From NCBI GenBank assembly GCA_937625935.1, contig OW569373.1, positions 186,001 to 250,000 of the forward strand: 64,000 nucleotides of DNA, in the 5' to 3' direction. Shown piece by piece: positions 32,759-43,280 of this stretch (the stretch's first letter is position 1; the number at the start of each line of letters is the position of its first letter). The DNA is from Tetramitus jugosus (lineage: Eukaryota > Protista > Heterolobosea). Below the pieces are notes generated by a model, which saw only the letters and a program-made list of their open reading frames with translations, was not told the DNA's origin and did no database searches. The position numbers were made by a program, and so were the translations under genes.

Positions 32759-33595
32759 TCAATTCGAGCTCCAATAGTGAGCATAGGCATAAAACATGGA
32801 GAGGCTGGCCGCAGCGATGATACCTGCCATCTTGAGTGTGCTCCATCCAAGGTCACTCGCTGCATTCACACACTCTAAAAACTTTTCATTTGCCTGAATC
32901 CGTAAATGCTCCAAATCCGACGTGTTTCGAATCACAAAATCAGCTCTCTGTTCCTTGATGTGATTGGGCATCTGGGAATTGATTCTTTGTTCAGCTTCTT
33001 GCTCTGACAACTGATTTCGCTGCATGAGAAACTGTTTCTGAGTGTCGCGATCCGTTGTCACCACAATCACCTTGCTCACCACATAGGAAAACACTTTTGT
33101 TTCAAAAAAGAGTGGCATGTCGAGCACAACAACCTTATTATCACCTGAAGAGCTCGTTTTCCATTCATTCCATATCGACTCTATAATTTGATTGAATATC
33201 CACTGGTGAGAATACGAGTTGACTACTCTTCTCAGATCAGCATGCTCAAATGTCAACTGACCGAGCAATGGCCGATTGATATTACTCTTCTGACTCGCAT
33301 TGTCACCCGTATCATTCTGTGTCTTGTCACTTGTACTATCGTTATCGTCGTCATCACGTTCATCAAGTGTTGTTGTTTCTATAGTTGAGAGAAACATTTC
33401 ACTATCGTACTTTTGATAGGTTGGATCCGTCTTGAAAAATTGCTTCAATTTCTGGTAGGGAACAGTGTCAGTGTTCCACACGGATCGAGCAATCTGATCA
33501 GCATCAATGATGACAACGTTTGGATGTTTGGCAATCTCTGATGCGACTGTTGATTGACCACATGCAATTCCACCTGTCAATGCAATCAATTTCAT
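32759..33595 (-). CDS. Dephospho-CoA kinase (CoaE/DCAKD-like) with a C-terminal TM
   Basis: IALTGGIACGQST, IIDADQIAR, INRPLLG, LDMPLFFE, RINSQMP, ADFVIRN. Confidence 0.9.
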   Translation of the reverse strand: MKLIALTGGIACGQSTVASEIAKHPNVVIIDADQIARSVWNTDTVPYQKLKQFFKTDPTYQKYDSEMFLSTIETTTLDERDDDDNDSTSDKTQNDTGDNASQKSNINRPLLGQLTFEHADLRRVVNSYSHQWIFNQIIESIWNEWKTSSSGDNKVVVLDMPLFFETKVFSYVVSKVIVVTTDRDTQKQFLMQRNQLSEQEAEQRINSQMPNHIKEQRADFVIRNTSDLEHLRIQANEKFLECVNAASDLGWSTLKMAGIIAAASLSMFYAYAHYWSSN

Positions 33596-33739
33596 CTCTC
33601 TCTGATTTTTTGTTGTAGGCTTGGTTTGTTGTTCCTTCTTCTGAGAGCAGTGATCACTTTTTGTTCAAAGAGGAGAATAGCAAAAACTCCACCCCAGGTT
33701 TACACACAAAAAACACGGAACACAAACACAAGCACACAC

Positions 33740-34498
33740 ATGAACAAGGAAGAAGAGACCACCACCACCACCACCACGTCAACAGCTACTACAACGACCA
33801 CTCCTCCTGGTCCACAACAGTCCTATGAACCAGATAACACTGCCGAATACAAACTACAATCCTATTGGGACAGTCGATTCGAAAAGGAAGAAGAATTCGA
33901 TTGGTTGGGCACATTGGAAGACATGAGACCAGCCATTCAAGAGTATTTGGAACGCAAGACAAAGGACGAACTGAGAATTTTGGTTCTCGGGTGTGGAAAC
34001 AGTACACTTTCACATGATTTGTTCAAGCAGGGATTCACACGTGTAGTGAGCATGGATTACTCGTCTGTTGTGATTGAAAAGATGCGTAGGAAACATCCGG
34101 AGATGCAATGGGTGGTGATGGATGTGACAGATATGGCAGCATTTGAAGATGGATCGTTTGATTTGGTGATTGACAAGGGTGTGATGGACGCCTTGGTCAC
34201 AGATGAGGAAGATCAGTGGGAGCCGAATGTGTCCATGACGAGACGCATGTGTCAAGAAGTGTTTCGCGTGTTGGACAAGTGTGGTGGTTCATTTATTCAA
34301 GTGTCGTTTGCACAGCCTCATTTTAGAAGATTGCATCTGATTCCGAAGACGATGGATGATGTTCAGAGTGTGGAAACCATGTCGACACCAAAGTCTATCC
34401 CTGCATCTGAGAATGTCATTGGATGGAGCTTCAAGTGGATTCATTTGCCTACGGTTGGCTTTGGTTACTATGTTTTTATCATGGAAAGAAATGAATAA
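33740..34498 (+). CDS. Class I SAM methyltransferase, EEF1AKMT4/METTL13-like
   Basis: YWDSRF..FDW, ILVLGCGNS, DYSSVVI, IDKGVMDAL, SFAQPHFR. Confidence 0.88.
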   Translation: MNKEEETTTTTTTSTATTTTTPPGPQQSYEPDNTAEYKLQSYWDSRFEKEEEFDWLGTLEDMRPAIQEYLERKTKDELRILVLGCGNSTLSHDLFKQGFTRVVSMDYSSVVIEKMRRKHPEMQWVVMDVTDMAAFEDGSFDLVIDKGVMDALVTDEEDQWEPNVSMTRRMCQEVFRVLDKCGGSFIQVSFAQPHFRRLHLIPKTMDDVQSVETMSTPKSIPASENVIGWSFKWIHLPTVGFGYYVFIMERNE

Positions 34499-34592
34499 GG
34501 GCAGTTAGCGGTGAGAACGCAACGCTTCATGTTGGGTATTTCATTTACAGTTGCATTGCATAGATTGCTATCGCAAAAGAAAAAAAGAGCTA

Positions 34593-37583
34593 TTAAAGGT
34601 AAACAGGCTTTACGTCGTCACTTCCAAACTTGATACCACAAGCAGGACATTTCCTATTTCTAACCTTGAGATTATCATGGATGCACTCGCTGCAGAAAGT
34701 GTGATGACATCTCTGTATCGTCACATCCTTGGTTCTTGTTTGGCAAACGGAGCACGTAACCATTCTCTTGTATTCAGATAGTTCGCCTTCCATATCCTTC
34801 GTCGGACCATTGGACGCCATTATTTTGATTCGTTTCTCAAGGCCTTCAATCTTCTCCTTCTTGAATTTCAGATCATCCGATGCGTGATTATACTTGGATT
34901 GTAGATCATCAGCACGGCTCGTTGCTGATTCAAGAGCCTTCTTTACACGTTCACACTCTGAAGAGAGATCTCGTACCTCTGTATCCCTGACTTTTTGCGT
35001 GACTCTCACCTTATCAAAATTGAGCTGCAACTTGACAAGCTCTTGTTGATTCTCATTGTACCTCCGCTCAAACTCATCTGCCTTTTGTTGGTATGCCTTG
35101 ACTTGTTCAGTCAAAATCTGTATCTGATTGTTACTTGCTTGGGACATTTGTTTCGAGGAGTTGATTCTGATTTCGAGTGCGTCGTTAATCTTCTTCATCT
35201 CAATTTGTTCCTTGAGTAGATCAGTGACTCTCTGTTCTTTTTGATCCAGTTGTTTCTTTTGCTTTGCAGTTTGATCTTGTATCTTGCTGAATGAACCTGA
35301 AACTTCTTCGAGCTCAGTGGCATACATTTGTGTTTCTTCGATCTTGTCCTGCAACTGCTCCTTTGTCACTCTCAGTTCCTCTTTGAGTGCTTCGATATCG
35401 CTCATTGTTGCATCTCCCTTCTGAGTATCACTGCTCTCTCGTTCCTTCAACTGCTTTTGTGTCTTTTCGAGCAATCTCTTCACCTTGTCATGATCCTTCA
35501 TCAAATTCTCGAAATCCTTCCGCTTCTTGTCATATCTCTTCTGGAGCTCATCATGCTTCTTCAGAGTTGACTCGCCTCTATTGGCCTTCTCAGTTTCCTC
35601 CTTTAACCGAATGTCCATTTCATTGTACTGCTGTCTCAGCTTGTTCATTTCACTGGTCATGGTAGTCTCTTTTTCCTGATACTTGGCAATAATAGAGTCA
35701 TATTGGGACTTCATTTGTGCAGCTTCATCTGCATTCAACTTTTTCATCTCTTCCAATTTCAATAGGAGGTCATTCTTTGCATTGTTCTCCTGTCGAACAA
35801 AGCACAATTGATGCTGATACATTAAGAACAGGTTCTTATATGTGCTGCTGTGTTGAACATTGGCTTCAGTTATCATGTCCGACTTTAGCTTCTGATTCTC
35901 TTGCTCCAATTTGGAAATGGTTTCAATATGTTCCTTGGATTGAACCTTTCTCGCACGCAACAATCTCTTGAGCTCAGATATTTGAACGTCCTTGTCAACA
36001 GAATCCACACTCGAACCCATACTTGAATTTCCATGATTGTTGTTGACATTGACCGAATCAAACGGTCTCTGATGAGATGAAGTAAGGGCACTCACAGGTG
36101 TCTGTGAACCACCAAAGCTGCTATTCATACCGACACCACCACCACCATTCATCACATCACTAAACTGTATATCCAAATACAGTTTTTCGAGCTTGTGCCT
36201 AGTATTCTTCAATTCATAAGCACTCTCCTCCAATGCACTATTCTTCTTGTTCAGTTCCTCTGTGAGTCTCTGATTGGAGATTTGAAGAGATTCGAATCGA
36301 TCGCTTGCCATTCGATATTCATTCTGCAATCGAGTCATTTCACTCTCCAATTGTTCACATCGTTTCTTCAGTCTAAAGTGATCTTCACGAATGGTTTCAT
36401 CGATTGTGGTGGTGGTCGATGATGAGGAAGCACTTGTCTTTAGCAGTTCATCATACCTCTGATTGCTCAGTGTAATACTGTCGACAATGGATTGAAGGAA
36501 TTGCCTTGTTTGACTGCATCGTTGTTCACACAATGAAAAATTTGAATTTTGTGCATCAATGTTCATTGTGTGCATGTACAGTGATATGGTGCTTGTAGTA
36601 TTGTTTTTGTTATGAGTAGTATTCGTATTGTTGGATGATGATGGTAGTGGTGGTGGAGAACCGAGTCGTTTCGTTGCAATGCTCAACTCATCATTCATCT
36701 ATTTAGGCAAAACAAACAATATGGCAAAAATCAAGACATGAATTGTTAATCATCATCATCATCATCATTACATACAAATGACAAAAAAGTCAACAAACAA
36801 GCAATCAAAAAGGTCAACAAACATACATTATTCCATAACCGATTCAAAAAAGCAATCGTTTCCAACTGTTGTTTGCACTGACTTTCAGTCATCAATAATT
36901 TATCTCCTAGTTCCTTCAGTTCATGCTCTTGATTTTTAACCTTTGCAGTCAGATTCTTTCTCCTCTCTAGCTCAGCGCCCTTTTTATGCTATCATATGTT
37001 CACAACAACCATGACATCAGAAAACAAAACCACTTTGAGTCAATACAAAAAACAGTTCTCACACAGCAGCATCAAAAAATAAAACTCTCAACACCAAAAA
37101 AAAATAAGACACAATGAAATAAATCAAGTATACAAAGATACATACATCAATGGATGAAAATTTAGTTGTGAATGGAGTGATAGGTGATGGTACAGTAAGT
37201 GGGGTATTTCCTCCTCCCATTGAGTGCATGGCACTAGGTGGTGTGACCATGACAGCATTATGAGTCGAGCTTTTATTCATAGTGTTTACAGGTGTGAGTG
37301 GAGGCAGAGGTGAAGCTGATGATGATGATGATGATGGCTCATGCTTCATCTTTTTCGTTGGAGTAGGTAGGTCAAGTTGTGATGATAACAATTCTTGCTT
37401 CATCACCATACCACCACCACCACTACTCGTGCCACTACTATGATCAAACTGCTGTTGTTGTTGTTGTGGAGCTAATGAGGAAGTGGATGATGGAGAAGTA
37501 GTGGTGGTAGTTGTTGCTGAAGTTTGTTCTTGTTCTTCACGTTTGCGCTTCTCAGAGAGAAACTTTTTCTTGAACGTTAACAT
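34593..37583 (-). CDS. BRE1: BRE1/RNF20-like H2B ubiquitin ligase, 3 exons, about 901 aa
   Basis: Exons 37583-37146, 36988-36827, 36698-34593; LNRLWN motif, long coiled coil, C-terminal RING CSVC..CHHTFCSEC...RNRKCPAC...F...DV. Confidence 0.9.
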
Positions 37584-38388
37584 GATTTTTTTTTGAAGTA
37601 GTGGTGCTTCAACAGAGAGTCGTTGTTTGTTGGAAGTGAATCACACACTGCTGTGAAGAATGTAGTTTTTGTTTGATTGTTGATGTGATGTGTGCGTGAG
37701 TGATACGACTCTACTCGTGCTGTTGTGTGATCGTTGTTGTGATTGTCTGTTGCTTATTGTTGATTCTCTCCCCTGTGCAAAAAAATTTCTTCACACACTG
37801 TTGGCGCTTATTGGCGGAGTTTTTGGAAAAGGCCGTTAATTTCAGGTCAGATGATTCATTGGGTCTCTGATGATGAATATGGGTTGTGTGGGTGCCATTT
37901 TCATATGAGTGAGACGGTTGATCATCTTGTGATGGCAGTGTGAGTCAGTGGGTGAGTGTTTGTTGTTTGTTCGAACAAAGTTGTTTGTGTTGTCATTAAA
38001 TTTTGTGTGTGGAGTGTTCGCTGGGTAACACGTGAAAGCTTGTTGTGTTGCCGAGCTTGGTTTTTTGGAAGCTTTTCGTTTGAAATCCTCAGACCGCCAC
38101 TTTGACCTCAATGTCAACTGAGGTTATAGCTCCGATATTGTTTTTTCAGTCTTTGTCTCACCGATGACTGAGATTTCACCAAAAATCATCTCACTGCTTC
38201 CTCAACCTCGCGACTAGTGAAGTTTTTGAAGCTTCACATCAGATCAGAAGATTCATCTAATGCTCTACAAGGTTGTATTCCCTTGCAATGCAGCTCAAAA
38301 AATGATTACACAACAAAAAACAAACTTTCCCTGTTGAAACGCGCAAGTTAAAAAAAAAAACGAAGGCACAAGACGGCATCTCAGTGTG

Positions 38389-40886
38389 ATGAATCCACAA
38401 CCTCCACCCAACAGGGTCTCACTCAACACACTCATCCAATTCGTTGTTCACGAATCACACACTTCACTCACCAACCTCGCCAAACAACTCTCCTCATCAC
38501 AACACCAACAATCTTCATCATCATCATCACAAGATCGTAAACAACTCATCCATGACTACCTACAAGCAACTCAAGAGAGATTCATGAGATTGCTCGTGCT
38601 GCTACGCTGGGTCAAATCACACAAATCAGAATTTGATGAATATGATGAGTTTGTGTCATCCATGATCAACATTACCAGTGCAATGCAATACACTGCCAAT
38701 GAACTTTTTCAGTTGGATCAACAAGTGAAGAATGTGAGAATCCCAGTGTATGATCTCCCAACGGCAATCAATGTGATGACAACTGGCACAGTCAATCTAT
38801 TACCCAGTGCCATTCAACAGGTCAGTTTTTGTTGTTGTTATTATTATTATTATGATGGTTGTTGTTGTTGATTATACATTTTATGACATATCTCACACGC
38901 ACAACCATTTTTCACACATGTACATCAACCATCATCAACCATCATCATCATGAAAAACAACAAAACAAATAGGCCGAATCATTATTTTCACAAGAACAGC
39001 GCAATGCATCTGGATTTGATCAATCATCAGCCATTCAGCGATTAAATGATTTGATTCGAATGAAACTGTTGCAATCATCGATACCTGATGCCATTCAAGT
39101 CACAAAAATTGACAATGGACAAGTTGTTCTCTCAGTTCCCAACCAATTTCTATTGATATTGACATTGAAGTACGATGTCAATTATTATGATCAATTACAA
39201 CTGCGCCAAAATACGACCACTACTACCACTACTACTACTACTACCAGTCATGATCATGATACGATGATGATGATGACTGATCATGAAGACAATAACGAAA
39301 TATCTGCTCCTCATGATACTGATGAAAATGATGACGAGAAAAAACAGAGAGAAAAAATGTTGTTGTTGATTGAACTGGAAAAGGAGAAGAAGAATGCCTT
39401 CATGTGGCACATTACTCATCTTCAATTCTTTGTCAATGAGTCTGGTGTCACAGTCAATCCACTTGTCTATCACTCTTGGATGCGATTGAAGCGTGTTCTT
39501 CAAGCGAGATTGGACAATCGCATGGACAGTGAACCACTTGTGGATCTGTATCATCGATTGCACTCTGTTGCAGTGAGATTGGTGGCTGATATCATGAGCA
39601 AACAGGGTCATCAACTGCAGTACAATCAATGGAAGAATTGCAGCATCATGTACGATATTTTCAACGAGCACATTGTGGATGACGAGATACCATTCATGAT
39701 CAAGTATTGGCAGGGAGCACCCAATGTCAATCGATTGATTACCGATTCAACTGTAAGTGCAGCACAGTGGACACGATTAGCCAAATTTTCATTGAACACA
39801 AGTCATTTCATGGATGATTCGAGTGCATTGGTAGGCGCGCTAGAATCTTCGACGGCGACTACTACTGCCGCAACTACTGTTCAACAACAGCAACAAAAGA
39901 AGAATCAATATGCAGGAGAGTTGAGATTCTATGTGAATTCGGAGCGTAATTTTGTAGTGGAACATCGATCTAATCTATCGCTCATTAGTAGTAGTGGTGG
40001 TATGAAAACACAATATAGTCTCAATTGGGCACAAATGGATTTGAGTCAGATTGTGAGTACAGCAATGCATCATCACATTGATTCCATTATGCAGATTGTG
40101 TACGAATTCTTGAGAAACGAACCCAATTTCCACATTCCTGTTTCTCTGTTGACAAGTCACACACCAGGCAGTCCAAGCATCCTTCGTGCACAACTCTTTG
40201 AAAAGTATAGCTTGGATGTGACGATTGACTGGCGAAATGGCAAGTTCCAACTCTCGGTCAACAAGGACAACTTTTCTGTGAACACCACTGGGCTCGACGG
40301 CTTTAAAAAGATGCACGATATGATCAACAAGTATGATGAATCAAAGATGAAACAACCGTTTGGTTCTGTTCTCGTTCAAGCAATTGAAAACATTAGAATG
40401 TTGGTCATCATTCACGCATATGCCCACGCATCAAAACTACTCGGACTGGACACCTTCCACTTTTTACCTGGTGTGCACCGTGAACGTGAACAAAAGTCCA
40501 ACCACATGTTGTTCATTCGTGCTACCACGTGCCCCAATGCCTTCATTTCCATCAAGGCCAACACGAGTCAAAAGATGCGCAAGCCTGTGTCATGTCGAAT
40601 CATTTTACAAGTCAGTCCCAAGCTCGTCGAACGGAAGATTACAGATTTCATGACACAGAAACAAAATGGATATCACCACCAGACGTATCATCAACAGAAT
40701 GGGCATTCTGATTCCTCCACAATGGATCACCCAAACACAACTCATCATCATTATCACAAAAGTGGTCATCTCACAGCAATGAAACATCTAAAGATGATTA
40801 TTGATCAGTGTCAGACAAGCATTGAACGATACTTGATTGTCAGTGAACTGGAGGCAAGAGACGGAATAAACTTTCAAATTATTTAA
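38389..40886 (+). CDS. MED14: Mediator subunit 14, 2 exons, about 781 aa
   Basis: Exons 38389-38820 and 38973-40886; VSLNTLI..., DRKQLI...RFMRLLVLLRW, PVYDLPTAINVMTTG, RLNDLIRMKL. Confidence 0.88.
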
Positions 40887-40911
40887 TCTAATGTAGAACT
40901 GAAGGAAAGGT

Positions 40912-41646
40912 TTAATAGTTTTGAATGACTTGTTTGAACAAGTTCAACCAGTCTTGCATCGTAAATGATTCCGTGTTATGAACGAGAACACCATTGATTG
41001 TAAACTGTGGTGTGCCGTACACTGCACTGGCTGTAGCCAACTTGAACACACGTCTACCATGGTCCCACACCTCTCTCGTGTTCATTCTCTGCAAAAAGTT
41101 TGATTTGCTCAATGCACTAATCTTCAATGGAGCAACATACGTGTCATAAATGACAGATTGAATCTGAGGTTGATTCAACATGGTTACATTTTCATTATAA
41201 ATCGGTTGTTGATGAGAGAAACTAGCGTCCATCAATCGATATGCATACTCATCACCATACTCCTTCACAATCAAGTAAGCCTTCAATTGTTCATAACCTG
41301 CAATGTGATACGGAAGAGGATAATTGTGAATTCTGAATTGAACGGGCAATTTTTCACTCTGAACATATTGGATCAGTGTTCGAAAGTAGTCATTCCACAG
41401 ATCAGCACTATCACTGCATGTCAAATCGAACCAGACATCCAATTGAACCTTTGTAGCCAGTGCAGATTGTTGTCCATTGTTCAATGGAAGCACAAGAGCA
41501 TCGTTGAGTGATGGAATAGGTGGACCAATGATGGATGGAGAGTTGTTCATGGTGGTGGTAGTGATGGATAATTGATGAGAGTTGCTGCTACAGAGTAAGA
41601 GAGCCAACAGGATCGAGAGCAAGAGGGTCGAGATGAATGATGACAT
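40912..41646 (-). CDS. Secreted DsbA/thioredoxin-fold protein (CxxS)
   Basis: Signal peptide MSSFISTLLLSILLALLLC; WFDLTCSDS; YPLPYH; cis-Pro motif VYGTPQFTING. Confidence 0.85.
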   Translation of the reverse strand: MSSFISTLLLSILLALLLCSSNSHQLSITTTTMNNSPSIIGPPIPSLNDALVLPLNNGQQSALATKVQLDVWFDLTCSDSADLWNDYFRTLIQYVQSEKLPVQFRIHNYPLPYHIAGYEQLKAYLIVKEYGDEYAYRLMDASFSHQQPIYNENVTMLNQPQIQSVIYDTYVAPLKISALSKSNFLQRMNTREVWDHGRRVFKLATASAVYGTPQFTINGVLVHNTESFTMQDWLNLFKQVIQNY

Positions 41647-41680
41647 TGTTTTGAATGTTGTTTTTTGTTCGGTGTGTTGT

Positions 41681-41859
41681 TGGCGCGCAGGATTTTCTCC
41701 TGCGTGTTCTTCAGCGGAGATCACGGAGTTCGAAACGGAAGGCACATTCCATTTGGGCAACTTTGTGAGGAGGTGTGAATACAACCTTCATCATATTATT
41801 CTACAGAGTCTCTCCGTACTACATTTAATCATTTGGTGGAAGTTATCACCAACCTTTTT
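41681..41859 (+). ncRNA. Candidate structured ncRNA with Pol III A/B-box-like motifs
   Basis: Several 6-11 bp G-U-rich helices, B box GTTCGAAAC (41728-41736), A-box-like TGGCGCGCAGG (41681-41691), T5 at 41855-41859. Confidence 0.45.
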
Positions 41860-41911
41860 CCCCTCCTCGCGTCGCCGTGCCGGCCAAAAAACTTGAAAAT
41901 GCATATTGAAT

Positions 41912-42030
41912 GTCTACGTTCATACAATGGTGGAACCACCTCTTCCCATTTCGAATAGAGAAGTTAAGCACCATCTGGCTGAGTTAGTATTGAGATAGGA
42001 GACTACTCGAGAACCCTCAGTAATGTAGGC
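41912..42030 (+). rRNA. 5S rRNA, single dispersed copy
   Basis: 119 nt; helix I GTCTACGTT/AATGTAGGC; CATAC, CCCAT..CGAA, GAAGTTAAGC, TTAGTA, GGAGAC and GAA motifs; TTTT terminator at 42031-42034. Confidence 0.93.
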
Positions 42031-42116
42031 TTTTACCTCTTGACCACAGAAAACCTGAACACAAAAAACACAAGAACAACACGATCCTCATTTCTTGATC
42101 CGCTCATCCAACAATC

Positions 42117-43097
42117 ATGACCCTCGATAACAACACCAAGAAACCGAGTGAACAAGAATTATTGAAACAATTGGCAGAGTTGAACAACAAGATTGCACAG
42201 ACATCAGCAGCAAGTGCCATCTCTCTTCCCACATTCACTCTACCGCCACTCTCCTCTCTCCCATCATCATCATCATCATCAACAACAGCAAGAACCTCAT
42301 TATCATCATCGAGAACAACAGCAACGTTTGATGATAAATCATCAACAACAACAGGAATCACAAACAACAACAAGAACAACATTCATGAAAAGAAGAGAAA
42401 GAGAACAATAGAAGATTCGAAAGCGATTGCAATTAAAAATGATGGCAACAATGTGAATCAACCAAAGAAACGAATGAAGTTTCTACCTCCACAATTACTC
42501 AACAAGACAACAACTGCAACAACAACATCATCAGCAACGAGCACAACCATCAAAGCCCAACCAACCAACAGTATTCAAATTCAACAATTACAAAAATATG
42601 ATTATCATTTGTTACAACAGGCCAATTTGGTCAAACAACGAAAATCACTCGAAGCTACCCACACAACAACAACATCAACAACATCAACAACAACCACTGG
42701 TACTCCCAATACAACAACAACACTCCTCTCACAACAACAACAACAACATTCAAATCCAAACAAAAAACATCAATTGAGAAGTGCAGCAGGTGAGACATGG
42801 GAGGACAATACTCTGTTGGACTATCCAGAGAATGACTATCGCTTGTTTGTAGGTAATTTGGGTAATGATGTGACGGATGATGTGTTGGCAAAATCATTCT
42901 CAGTGTTTCCATCATTTACCATGGCACGAGTCATTCGTGATAAGAAGACACTCAAGAGCAGAGGATATGGATTTGTGAGCATGATGGATGTCAATGACTA
43001 CATCACAGCATTGGACAAGATGAATGGCAAGTATATTGGTAGTAGACCATGTGAGATTAAAAAGTCAAATTGGAGAGACAGAAGTCAACACAAGTAA
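42117..43097 (+). CDS. RBM42: RRM protein of the RBM42 type
   Basis: RSAAGETWEDNTL, NDYRLFVGNLGNDV, RDKKTLKSRGYGFVS, MNGKYIGSRP, KSNW. Confidence 0.92.
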   Translation: MTLDNNTKKPSEQELLKQLAELNNKIAQTSAASAISLPTFTLPPLSSLPSSSSSSTTARTSLSSSRTTATFDDKSSTTTGITNNNKNNIHEKKRKRTIEDSKAIAIKNDGNNVNQPKKRMKFLPPQLLNKTTTATTTSSATSTTIKAQPTNSIQIQQLQKYDYHLLQQANLVKQRKSLEATHTTTTSTTSTTTTGTPNTTTTLLSQQQQQHSNPNKKHQLRSAAGETWEDNTLLDYPENDYRLFVGNLGNDVTDDVLAKSFSVFPSFTMARVIRDKKTLKSRGYGFVSMMDVNDYITALDKMNGKYIGSRPCEIKKSNWRDRSQHK

Positions 43098-43280
43098 AAT
43101 GATTTTGTTCATGGTGTCTTTGTCTGTCTTTTTGTTTTGTGGTATATGTCGAATTTGTATTGGAGAAACAAGGGGAATCTTTGGGGTGGCAGCGGAATAT
43201 TTTGAGTGTCATCTTTCACAAGAACAGAAAAGAAAAAAAATCAAACAACAATAGAACAACATCAAACGGGTGAGAGAGAG

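Noticed and set aside
37850-37926. SECIS element or hammerhead ribozyme (ATGA/GA quartet, CTGATGA)
   Set aside because: No apical AA, not in a 3'UTR, no adjacent selenoprotein, and no GAAA core for a hammerhead.
38085-38310. U3, U1/U11 or RNase P/MRP on the minus strand
   Set aside because: Only fragmentary motif matches; boxes A/B/C, ACTTACC and the P4 pairing are absent.
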